A stretch of DNA of 64,000 bases, from NCBI GenBank assembly GCA_009914755.4, contig CP086569.2:17600001-17664000 (forward strand). Direction: 5' to 3'. Below the pieces are notes generated by a model. That model saw nothing but the letters and a program-made list of their open reading frames with translations. It had not been told where the DNA came from and ran no database searches. This document shows positions 40,689 to 53,651 of the stretch, piece after piece; position 1 is the stretch's first letter; each line of letters starts with the position of its first letter. Both the position numbers and the translations under genes were made by a program. This DNA comes from the human T2T-CHM13v2.0 reference genome, Homo sapiens.

Positions 40689-41795
40689 CTAATACTATGT
40701 TTAATAGGCATGGTGACAGACGGCATCCTTGTCTTGTGCTGGTTTTCAAGGGGAATGCTTCCAGTTTTTGCCGATTCAGTATGATAATGGCTGCGTGATT
40801 GTCATAAATAGCTCTTATTATTTTGAGATACATTCCATTAATACTCAGTTTATTGAGAGTTTTAGCATAAAGAGGTGCTGACTTCTGTTGAAGGCCTTTT
40901 CTGCATGTGATGGAGTACATTTATTGATTTGTGTATGTTGAACCAGCCTTGCATCCCAGCAATGAAGCCGACTTGATCATGGTGGATAAGGTTTTTGATG
41001 TGCTGCTGGATTTGGTTTGCCAGTATTTTGTTGAAGATTTTCACAGCAATGTTCACCAGGGATATTGGCCTGACATTTTATTTTTTCGTTGTTTCTCTGC
41101 CAGGTTTTGGTGCTGGCCTCATAAAATGAGTTAGGGAGGATTCCTTCTTTTTATATTGTTTGGAATAGTTTCAGGAGGAATGGTACCAGGTCCTCTTTGT
41201 ACCTCTGGTAGAATTTGGCTGTGAATCCCTCTGGTCCTAGACTTTTTTTAGTTGGTAGGCTATTAATCACTGTTTCAATTTCAAAACTTATTATTGGTCT
41301 ATTCAGGAATTCGACTTATTCCTGATTTAGACTTGGGACTGTGTATATGTCCAGGAATTTATCCGTTTCTTCTAGATTTTCTAGTTTATTTGCGTAGAGG
41401 AGTTTATATTATTCTTTGATGGTAGTGTGTATTTCTGTAGGATGGGTGATAATATCCCCTTTATCATTTTTATTGCATCTATTTGATTCTTCTCTCTTTC
41501 CTTCTTCATTAGTGTGGCAGGCGGTTTATCTATTTTGTTGATCTTTTCAAAAAACCAGCTCCTGAATTTATTGATTTTTGAAGGATTTTTTTGTGTCTAT
41601 CTCTTTCAGTTCTGTGCTAATTTTTATTATTTTTTGTCTTCTGCTAGCTTTCAAATTTATTTCCTCTTGCTTCTCTAGTTCTTTTAATTTTGATATTAAC
41701 GTGTTGATTTTAGATCTTTCCTGCTTTCTCTTGTGGGCATTTAGTGCTATAAATTTTCCTCTACACACTGCTTTAAAGCTGTCCCAAGTATTCTG

Positions 41796-42338
41796 CTATG
41801 TTGTGTCTTTGTTAAAATTGGTTTCAAAGAACATCTTTATTTCTGTCTTCATTTCATTATGTACTGAGTAGTCATTCAGGAGCAGGTTGTTCAGTTTCCA
41901 TGTAGTTGTGTGGTTTTGAGTGAGATTCTTAATTCTGAGTTCTAATGTGATTGCACTGTGGTCTGAGAGTCTGTTTGCTATGATTTCCATTCTTTTGCAT
42001 TTGCTAAGGAGTGTTTTACTCCCAATTATGTGGTCAATTTTAGAATAAGTGCAATGAGATGCTGAGAAGAATGTATATTCTGTTGATTTGGGGTGGAGAG
42101 TTCTGTAGATGTCTATTAGGTCTGCCTGGTCCAGAGCTGAGTTCAAGTCCTGAATATCCCTGTTAATTTTCTGTCTCATTGATCTGTCCAATATTGACAG
42201 TGAGGTGTTAAAGTCTCCCACTATTATTGTGTGGGAGTCTAAGTCTCTTTGTATGTCTCTAAGGACTTGCTTTATGAATCTGGGTGCTCCTATATTGAGT
42301 TCATGTATACTTAGTATAGTTAGCTCTTCTTGTTGCAT
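41796..42338 (-). pseudogene. L1 ORF2 endonuclease-domain remnant (inside the L1 at 38519-44372), not an intact ORF2
   Basis: 180-aa track ORF with L1 endonuclease motifs (…[38 protein letters not shown]…), but neighbouring ORF2 segments are in other frames or interrupted by stops. Confidence 0.85.
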
Positions 42339-44665
42339 TGACCTGACCCCTTTACTATTATGTAATGCCCTTCTTTGTCTCTTTTGATCTCTGTTGATTT
42401 AAAGTCTGTTTTATCAGAGATTAGCATTGCAATTCTTGTGTTTTGTTTGTTTGTTTTCTTTTGCTTTTCATTTTCTGGTTAAATATTTCTCTATCCCTTT
42501 ATTTTGAGCCTATGTGTGTCTTTGCATGTGAGATGGGTCTCCTGAGTATAGCACACCAATAAGTCTTGATTTTTTATCCAATTTGCCCATCTGTGTCTTT
42601 TAAATGGGGCATTTAGCTCATTTACATTTAAGGTTAACATTGTTATGTGTGAATTTCATCCTGTCATTATGATACTAGCTGGTTATTTTGCCCATTAGTT
42701 GATGCAGTTTCTTCATAGTATCTATGGTCTTTACAATTTGGCATGTTTTTGCAGTGGCTGGTACCAGTTGTTCCTTTCCCTGTTTAGTGCTTCCTTCAGG
42801 AGTGCTTGTAAGGCAGTCCTGGTGGTGACAAAATCTCTCAGCATTTGCTTGTCTGTAAAAGATTTTATTTCTCCTTCAACTTATGAAGCTTAGTTTGGCT
42901 GGATGTGAAATTCTGGATTGAAAATTCTTTTCTTTAAGAATGTTGACTATTTGCCCCCACTTTCTTCTAGCTTGTATGGTTTCTGCAGAGAGATCCACCG
43001 TTAGTCTGATGGGCTTCCCTTTGTGGGTAACCCTACTTTTCTCCCTGGATTATCTTAACATTTTTTCCTTCATTTAACGTTGGTGAATCTGATGATTATG
43101 GGTCTTGGGATTTCTCCTACCCAGGAGTATCTTTGTGGTGTTCTCTCTGTTTCCTGAATTTGAATGTTGTCCTGCCTTCCCAGGTTGGAGGAGTTCTCCT
43201 GGATAATATCCTGAAGAGTGTTTTCCCTCTTGGTTCCGTGCTCCCTGTCACTTTCAGGCACCCAAATCAAACGTAGATTTGGTCTTTTCACCTATTCTCA
43301 TATATCTTGGAGGTTTTATTTGTTCCTTTTTATTCTATTTTCTCTAACCTTGTCTTCCTACTTTTTTTCTTTAAATTGATCTTCAATCTTTGATATGCTC
43401 TCTTCTGCTCGATTGATTTGGCTATTGATAGTTGTGTATGTTTTACGAAGTTCTTGTGCTGTCTTTATCAGCTCCATCAGGTCATTTATCTTCTTCTCTA
43501 AACTGGTTATTCTAGTTAGAAATTTGTCTTAACTTTTTTCATGGTTCTTACCTTTCTTGCATTGGGTTAGGTCATGCTCCTTTAGCTCAGAGGAGTTTAT
43601 TACCCACCTTCTGAAGCCTACTTGTGTCAATTCATCAAACGTATTCTCCATCCAGTTTTGTTCCCTTGCTGGAGAGGAGTTGTGTTCCCTTGGAGGAGAA
43701 GAGGTGTTCTGGTTTTTGGAATTTTCAGGCTTCTTGTGCTGCTTTCTCCCCATCTTTATGGATTTATCTTCCTTTGGTCTTTGATGTTTGTGACCTTTGG
43801 ATGTGGTCTCTGACTGTATGTGCTATTTTTTTTCTGTTTGTTAGTTTTTCTTCTAACAGGCCCCTCTGCTGCAGGTCTGCTAGAGTTTGCTGGAGGTCCA
43901 CTCCCAACACTGTCTGTATCACCAGCAGAGGCTGCAGAATAGCACCAATTGCTGCCTCTTCTTTCTTCTGGAAGCTTTGTCACAGAGGAGCACCTGCCAG
44001 TTGCCAGCCAGAGCTCTCCTGTTAGGTGTCTCTTGGCATCTACTGGGAAGTACCTCCCAGTCAGGATACAGACGGGTCAGGGACCCACTTGAGGAGGCAG
44101 TCTGACCCTTAGCAAAGTTTGAATGCTGTCCTGAGACATCTGCAGCTCTCTTCAGAGCCATAAGGCAGGGACTCTTAAGTCTGCTGAAGCTGCCCACACA
44201 GCCACACCTTCCCCCAAGTGCTCTGTCCCAGGGAGATGGGAGTTTTATCTATAAGTCCCTGACTGGGGATACTGGCTTTTTTTCAGGGATGCCCTGACCA
44301 GAGAGGACAAATCTGGCAGTCTGGCCATGGTGGCCTTGCTGAGCTGCAGTGAGCCCCACCCAGTTCTGCCTCTAAATCTTAAACTTGTGAATCTCCATAA
44401 CTAAATTAGACAGCTTCTTAAAATAAACGTATATTTCCTGTTGGTTATGTTTCTCTGTAGTACTTTGTCTAATACACATATTTTCACCATATTATCTGCT
44501 CATGTGCAACCAAGAGTGATTTTTTTTGAACACTCATTTAGTACCAACATATGTTATATATGACTGAGTCAATAGTTATGATGGATCTTAGCTAACACTT
44601 CACAAGATATCAGAGGACATGGATGTCTTTATTTGCAAACTGATTTCATAATCAGTTTCCTTTGG

Positions 44666-44815
44666 ATTCAGGAGAGCTGATAATGGAAATTCCAGCCTGA
44701 GTCTGAAGATCTGAGACCCAGGAGAACTGATGGTGTGAGTTCCAGTCTGAGTCTGAAGGCCTGAGACCCAGAAAACCTGGTGCTGAGTTAGATTTTGAAG
44801 GCTGACAGCCTATAT
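44666..44815 (+). repeat. Diverged tandem repeat of about 2.7 copies of a ~55-bp unit
   Basis: 'gagagctgataatggaaattccagcctgagtctgaagatctgagacccag' / 'gagaactgatggtgtgagttccagtctgagtctgaaggcctgagacccag' / 'aaaacctggtgctgagttagattttgaaggctgacagcc'. The unit resembles 22878-22930 ('ccagtctcttctgaagatctgagaaccag'). Confidence 0.75.
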
Positions 44816-44839
44816 AAACATAATCCCAGAATGTATACA

Positions 44840-45390
44840 TAATATAGTGTATATGTAATAAACATATCGACACATATACATATTAATGTATGTTTATATG
44901 TAGGAATGTTTAAATTCTATATTATATTCATATATTTATGTTTATTACACATGTATATTTGTATATATTTATATATACATATTTATGTTTATATTTATAT
45001 GTAATAGATACTTATATGCATGTTTATCTATTTATATATAAATAAATTTATATATGCATATATAGTATATGCTTATATATGTACATATATACATATTTAT
45101 GTACTATATATGTATACATTTATATATGTATATAAACATATTCATATACATAGGTTTATAGATTAACATATATAAAATTATATATTCATACATATATATT
45201 CTATATGAATATATATTCATTTACATATTACATATACATTTATATACATATAAATAGATAAACATATGTACTATAGTAGTTACATATGTTCATTGCATAT
45301 ATATATACTATACTGTCTGTGTGTATATATATTTCTAGAATACATATATTTCTGGAATATATATATATATTTAGTATTGAACTTCAATAT
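44840..45390. repeat. TA/CA-rich low-complexity or simple-sequence block, ~550 bp
   Basis: Continuous variations of 'atatatgtatacatatttatgtatat', for example 'tatatacatatttatgtttatatttatatgtaatagatacttatatgcatg' and 'atatatatatatttag'. Confidence 0.9.
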
Positions 45391-47444
45391 AAGTGAGAAT
45401 CTATAATTCCTAGAAAAGCATGTAATAGAGTGGCTACATTCAGGTATAAAGTCTCTGTTGTATTTTATAATACCAGTATTCCCCCTTGATTATTACTAAA
45501 TTATTTACAGAATAACATGATCTTAAATGATTGGTTATCATACGAATAGAACTGAAACCAAAGGCCAGGGTCACAGAATGGTAATAACATGTGAGAATAT
45601 TAAGAGTCAAATAAATAAAACAGCCAACAACTAGCTTCTGTAGAAAAAAATAAGTGCCTGATGTGAACACACACAGGAGACACTGGTTTTATACTAAGCA
45701 CAGTACTGGTCCTAAGAAATGAAAATATTAGAGCAATGTTTACGAATACGTGCCCTTTAAGAAACCCTCATCTCTCATTATTGTGAGGAGTAAATTTAAG
45801 CACCACAATCTCTAGTGTCAATCTGCTATAATTACTCTACATGGCCACCACAAATGTGATAAATCAAACCAATGTCTTAATGAAATACGAACAAAACTCT
45901 GTATCTTCAGGACTTGGTTTAATGAAACCAAGGAAAAACTCTGAAGTTATTTGATTAAAATAAAAATATCAATCCTATTCATCTGTCCCCTGCACCTCAC
46001 TTTCATTTACAAGTCTTGAAACCAAAAAGACAAACCTATATTTCTTCTCATTCTGCAGTCTCCTGTGAAAAGAAACCTTCCCATTCCTATAGAACCACAT
46101 CTTACAACACAGAAAAGAAACAGTTGGTATCAAGCTCTGGTGTAGCATTCTAAAAAGTTATTATGAGAGGTCTTCCTCCATAGAGTAGATTTCATTTTGC
46201 TTTATTCATTTTTGTGATTTAGAGTCATGGGGAAAAGATAACCACAGACACACATATGCATACTTGGAAGGCTGCAAAACATGGATGTCCAGGTGAATCT
46301 ACCAGTGAGACACAATGCCAAGAGAGTTGTGTTGAATTTCAGTAGCCAGAAAAAAAGCTGTAATTTGCACTCACATTCACAAATGCACATTCACACACAC
46401 ATATCCATTTCCAACATGAAAATATTCTTGTATCATTGAAATTAATCTGATTAGGTCATGAAAAACATACTATTTACATTCTGGGCTCACATCTGCTTGG
46501 TATGGATGTAGAAATTTTGCATCAATTCATCATAAATAATTTTAATCTATAGGTGTTGGCCTTCAGTGATATCAAATATGAAGATTAATGCTTTAAAAGT
46601 TTTCTTTCTTTGTATGCAGTCTAAACAGCTTCATTATCACTGAAAGCCTATGTTATATTATGTAAAATTTATGGGAGCAAACATTTACAGTTGAGCATGA
46701 TTAAGAATCGCATTGATATATTTAGTGATAATTACATAATAACACTTCATATACCTTCTGTTGATAGTTGAATTATTTTTGTTTCCCTTACAACTCATTT
46801 TGTCTAGTTTCTGCATTTATGTATATTATTCATCCATGAATTAAATTGTATAATATGAAGCTGAATTCCTTTCTACTTTCTTGTGTATTCTCTTTTCTAA
46901 CACTATTACGTTTCTCCTGCCTTTCTGTTCCCACTTCTGCATTTTAATTCCCATCAACTTATATTTTTATGTTTTTGAGGTGATAGCTTTATTCAGGTCT
47001 GCAACAATGTTCACATTTTCAGTGACGGTTATGACTCTAAAACTTAAAAATCTATGATAACATCTGTAAGTCTCTACAATTATTGTTATTTTAAACAGTA
47101 GAGCCAATTATGCTGTTACAATTGAATTTTTCACCTCTACAATTATCAGTGATTCTACATCATCGACAACAACAGAAGCACAAATGGTGCCCCTTTCATG
47201 AATATTTTATTTAGAATATGTATAAATGATACATATCTTGAATACTTGCTTTCACTTTTTCAATTGCCCTCTTTTCTCCAAGCACAACATTTCTCTAGCT
47301 TAGCCTTGGTGTTTTCCAGTTAATTGGAAACCATATTACTGGTACCAGAGTGCATTCTTCATCTAACACCAACTTCCTTTTCCACATTGGGCCAGTTAAG
47401 CTTTTTTAAATTAATTAATTATTATTTTTTTTAAATTAGTTTAT

Positions 47445-48800
<1,356 letters not shown>

Positions 48801-49669
48801 GATGATTACCTTTTTAAATTTATTGTGCTGAGCTTTTATCATTTCCTGGCACTCCACTTTTGCCTTTTGAATTTGGACCTGCCTATCTGTTTCTCCCTTA
48901 ATTCATCACTCAACACTCAACTTATGGGTGACATTAAAATCCTTTGCTATTCAGAAATTCACACCTCCACTGGGAGAGAGATTTGGTGGAAGATTTAACT
49001 TGGAGAACCGTGAAGTTAAGGAAGCTCAGAAGAGAGGAAAAAATAACTGCTTATCCAACATGGACAGCCACCTACCACAAGAAAATTGGCTTTAATTTTG
49101 TGACATTTGTTTTTTTCCATCTGACAATTATAAATAAAGGGTCTATCTCTGTGTGTGTTACTTTCCTTTAAAAATGGACATTTTATAATATATAAATGTT
49201 AAATTTAATAATCATCTGTTCAAAATTATTTCTTCATGTATGAATATTAAACATGTATTATTGATTCTTATTCTCAAAGAATCAGATATTAAGGAGAAAA
49301 ATTATTACTCTACCTTCCTATAATCATTCCAGTCTTATTTTATTTCTAATTTTTCTAGTGATTCCTCTAAACTCTTCAAGAATATCCATGAATCTACACC
49401 TCAATGTATCATCCTTAAAATATCTGCTTACTTTCTTTATGAAAAGGGGGATAGAAATTGATTTCAACTTCTATCTGGCAGTCTCTCCCAATCCTCTTCC
49501 ACTTTTTATTAATATTATTATTTCTCTATTTTCCATTTGTAGAACATTTAAATTATGCATATCAACCACTTATCCCTGTACAGTGTTGGTGAAATGTTGA
49601 GTATGGATTTATTGTTCACTAATTTTCTGTACTGTCTGTGTGTCACTTTAAAAAATTTAGAGTAAGTTT

Positions 49670-50810
49670 TTAAACTTTTAAATTATTATTGGTATATAAT
49701 AGTAGCATGTGTTTATGAGGTACAAGTGCTGTTTTGATACAAGCAGATATTGTGTAATGATCAAATTAAGCTAACTGGAATACCCATCACCTCAAGAATT
49801 CATTATTTATTTGTATTAGGAATATTTCAATTCCATTATTTTAGTTATTTTTAAACATATGATAAATTATTGTTAACTATAGTGACTGTATTGTAACTAC
49901 TGTACAGTAGATCTTCTTTCTTTCTGACTGTATTTTTGTAGACAATATTCATCCAAGGTTACCCCCTCCCCAATACCCTTCCCAGTCTCTGGTAACCACA
50001 ATTCTACTCTCTACCTCCATGAGTTCTTTTTTTTCTTTTTCTTTTTCTTTTTTTTTTTTTTGAGATGGAGTTTTGCTCTCATTGTCCAGTCTGTAGTGCA
50101 GTGGCACAATCTCAGGTCAATGCAACCTCCCCTTTCAGGTTTAAGTAATTCTCCTGACTCAGCCTCCTGAGCAGCTGGGATTACAGGCACTTGCCCCCAT
50201 GCCCAGCTAATTTTTTGTATTTTTAGTAGAGATGGGGTTTCACTGTGTTAACCAGGCTGGCCTCAAACTCCTGACCTCATGCGATTCACCTGCCTTGGCC
50301 TACCAAAGTGCTGGGTTTACAGGCATGAGCCACTGTACCTGGCCCATGAGTTCAATTTTTAACATTTTTAACTTTTACATATGAATGAGAAAATGTGAAA
50401 ATTGTCTTTCTGTGGCTGGTTTGTTTCATTTCAGATAATGACCTCCAGCTCCATCCATGTTGTTGAAAATGGCAGCATTGCATTCTTTTTTATGCTGAAT
50501 AATATTCTCTTGTGTATATACCACATTGTCCTTATTCATTTATCCATAGGCACTTAGATTACTTCCAAATCTTGGCTATTGTGAAATACTGCTACAATAA
50601 ACAAGGGAGTGCAGGTATACTTTTGATGTACCCATTTCATTTCCATTGGATAGATATCCAATAGAGGAATTGCTGGATCATGTAGTAGTTCTATTTTTAG
50701 TTTTTTGAGGAAGCTTCATACTGTTTTTCATAGTGTTTGTACAAATTTACATTCCCATCAACAATGTAGGAGAGTTTCTCTTTGATCATATCTTTCTCAG
50801 CATTAAGAAA
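49670..50810 (-). mobile_element. L1 3' fragment (older L1PB/L1MA-like, antisense) interrupted by an Alu
   Basis: 'ggtacaagtgctgttttgatacaagcagatattgtgtaatgatcaaattaagctaactggaatacccatcacc...aaattattgttaactatagtgactgtattgtaactactgtacagtagatc...ccagtctctggtaaccacaattctactctctacctccatgagttc' [Alu] 'aatttttaacatttttaactt...gtgaaaattgtctttctgtggctggtttgtttcatttcagataatgacctccagctccatccatgttgttgaaaatggcag...tgctgaataatattctcttgtgtatataccacattgtcc'. Confidence 0.88.
50025..50344 (-). mobile_element. Alu SINE (antisense) nested in the L1 at 49670-50810, with an ~10-bp target-site duplication 'ccatgagttc'
   Basis: 'ttttttttctttttctttttcttttttttttttttgagatggagttttgctctcattgtccagtctgtagtgcagtggcacaatctcaggtcaatgcaacc...ggtttacaggcatgagccactgtacctggcc'. 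'catgagttc' is present on both sides. Confidence 0.92.
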
Positions 50811-50821
50811 GATTTTTTTAA

Positions 50822-51235
<414 letters not shown>

Positions 51236-51469
51236 CTAAGCTAAATTAAAAGCAATTATAATACCTGACCCAGGACTGCATTGGTATTATGAAAAAAAAT
51301 AACCAAATGGGAATAGGATAGCCTGGCATCCAGTAGAGCAAATCAGAGAAAATCAAGAAATGCTGAATAGAAGATTTATTATTCCCTCTGGGAAAACTGA
51401 TGTAAACATTTTTTTTCAGAGAAAATTCAGGGAGCGGCCACTCTTTCAAAACAGTGGGTTTTTGTTTTT

Positions 51470-51800
51470 GTTTGTTTCTTTGTTTTTTGTTTGTTTGTTT
51501 GTTTGTTTTTTGAGACGGAGTCTCGCTCTGTCGCCCAGGCTGGAGTGCAGTGGCGGGATCTCGGCTCACTGGCTCACTGCAAGCTCCGCCTCCCGGGTTC
51601 ACGCCATTCTCCTGCCTCAGCCTCCCAAGTAGCTGGGACTACAGGCGCCCGCCACTACGCCCGGCTAATTTTTTGTATTTTTAGTAGAGACGGGGTTTCA
51701 CCGTTTTAGCCGGGATGGTCTCGATCTCCTGACCTCGTGATCCTTCCGCCTCGGCCTCCCAAAGTGCTGGGATTACAGGCGTGAGCCACCGCGCCCGGCC
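51470..51800 (-). mobile_element. Young AluY-like SINE (antisense) with a (GTTT)n tail and a target-site duplication 'gtttgtttgttt'
   Basis: 'gagacggagtctcgctctgtcgcccaggctggagtgcagtggcgggatctcggctcactggctcactgcaagctccgcctcccgggttcacgccattctcctgcctcagcctcccaagtagctgggactacaggcgcccgccactacgcccggctaattttttgtatttttagtagagacggggtttcaccgttttagccgggatggtctcgatctcctgacctcgtgatccttccgcctcggcctcccaaagtgctgggattacaggcgtgagccaccgcgcccggcc'. More than 20 CpGs are retained and the sequence has the AluY diagnostic look. 'gtttgtttgttt' is present immediately on both sides. Confidence 0.92.
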
Positions 51801-52208
51801 GTTTGTTTGTTTTTAAATAAAACTTGCTTGTGGCTGAGGTTGGGATGATGGTGGGTTTTCTTCATCATGAACATTTTCACCCTTTTCACTCTCTCTCAGA
51901 GAATGGCACAGCTTGTTCATGATGCGTTAGGATGTCAAATAATATTGCTCTAGGATGTCAAATAATATTCCAGGTTATTCAGTAAACAACAAGTTCAGAC
52001 TCTTCTGTTGATGGAACTCCTTTAATCAAGGCAGCCTAGACCACAGCTAGGACTTGGCATTCTTCCAAGTCTGATTTCTATTTCTGTGAACGTTGCAAAA
52101 TTTCTGGTCCATGAGAAGGTACCCTCTATCTCTATATTCAGATTCATAGCAGAATTACACAGAAAGAGTGGTGACAACTTTCATCTCATAGCACTACGTT
52201 TTTCCTAC

Positions 52209-52537
52209 CTTTTTTTTTCTTTTTTTTTTTTTTTGTTGTTGTTGTTGTTGAAATGGAGTTTCACTCTTTTTACCCAGGCTAAAGTGCAGTGGTGCGATCT
52301 TGGCTCACCACAACCCCTGCTTCCTGGGTTCAAGTGATTATCTTGCCTCAGCCCCCTAAGTAGCTGGGATTACAGACACCTGTGACCACACCTGGATAAT
52401 TTTTGCATTTTTGGTAGAGATGGTGTTTCACCATGTTGGCCAGGCTGGTCTCGAACTCCTGACGTCAGGTGATCTGCCCACTCACTTTTGGCCTCCCAAA
52501 GTGCTGAGATTGCAGGTGTGAACCACCTCGTTCAGCC
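52209..52537 (-). mobile_element. Alu SINE (antisense) with a T-rich / (GTT)n tail
   Basis: 'tttttttttctttttttttttttttgttgttgttgttgttgaaatggagtttcactctttttacccaggctaaagtgcagtggtgcgatcttggctcaccacaacccctgcttcctgggttcaagtg...ctgagattgcaggtgtgaaccacctcgttcagcc'. Confidence 0.92.
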
Positions 52538-53011
52538 TTTCCTGTCTATTTTCAAAGAAGGAATTGCTCTGGGGGAAACACCATAAAAGAACAACGATAA
52601 CAAAAAGATTTTCTGTAGAAAATTAAACACTAAGATTGGTGCCCCCCTTATGTGGACAATCACTTGGCAGAATCCTATAGCTTGCCTGTTTATCCATATT
52701 ACAATTAGATTTTGAAGCTCAATAGTAAACATGCAGAAAAATAGCACTAATCTATAAATCATTGCCTTTTCTGCTTTGATATTTTTCACTATTCTCAAGA
52801 GTTGCAAAGAGGATGGTGAATTCCCCCAATGACTCTGATTGAAACTGTGGCTCAGTTTTATATTATTTTAGAAACAGAAGTTGTCGAAAGTTACAAGTGT
52901 ACTCCAAACAAAAGAGTAACATACCTTCTAGTAAACAAAACGCTATTGGAGTTAAGAGGCCATCTTTTGTTTTAATAAAAAAATATAACTCAAAAGAGGA
53001 CCTTTTTGTAC

Positions 53012-53269
53012 TTTGGGAGGCTGAGGTGGGAGGATCATGAGGTCACGAGTTTGAGACCATCCTGGCCAACATGGTGAAACCCCGTGTCTACTAAAATTAC
53101 AAAAAATTAGCTGCACGTAGTGGCACGTGCCTGTAATCCCAGCTACTCCGGAGGCTGAGGCAGGAGAATCGCTTGAACTCAGGAGGTGGAGATTGCAGTG
53201 AGTGGAGATCATGCCATTGCACTACAGCCTGGGCAACAGAGGAAGACTCCATCCGAAAAAAAAAAAAAA
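53012..53269 (+). mobile_element. Alu SINE, 5'-truncated by about 25 bp
   Basis: 'tttgggaggctgaggtgggaggatcatgaggtcacgagtttgagaccatcctggccaacatggtgaaaccccgtgtctactaaaattacaaaaaattagctgcacgtagtggcacgtgcctgtaatcccagctactccggaggctgaggcaggagaatcgcttgaactcaggaggtggagattgcagtgag...ccatccgaaaaaaaaaaaaaa'. Confidence 0.93.
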
Positions 53270-53651
53270 TGGGAGCCTTCTTTTTATTATAATTTGCTGA
53301 AAGATTATTGGATGCAATAAAACAAGCCTTCTGCTTTCTGTAATACATGTTTATGTATTTACTCCTATCATGTATTTATTAGAAAAATGGGGAGTATATC
53401 TTACATTTTGCTGAACATATGCAGGTGACAATATTGTTTTATGATTGTTCTTGTTTCAATATGTTACGTAAAAGATTTGCAAATCTTGTACTTATCAGAG
53501 GCTAAATATGGTGTCATCTTCTCAGTGCTATTTTTTTGTGACATGTCTAATTCTAGGAATAAAGAGACTCAATCCCTCTGTAAAGTAGTGAAAAAAATCT
53601 TCACTCATATTGAGCAGTATATTCCAAAGTGATAAAATCATTACTTTAAAA

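Noticed and set aside
43624-44025. 133-aa plus-strand ORF, with several overlapping plus-strand ORFs at 43557-44105
   Set aside because: It sits on the antisense strand of the L1 ORF1 and 5'UTR region of the element at 38519-44372. There is no homology to the known L1 ORF0 and it is reading-frame noise within a degenerate L1.
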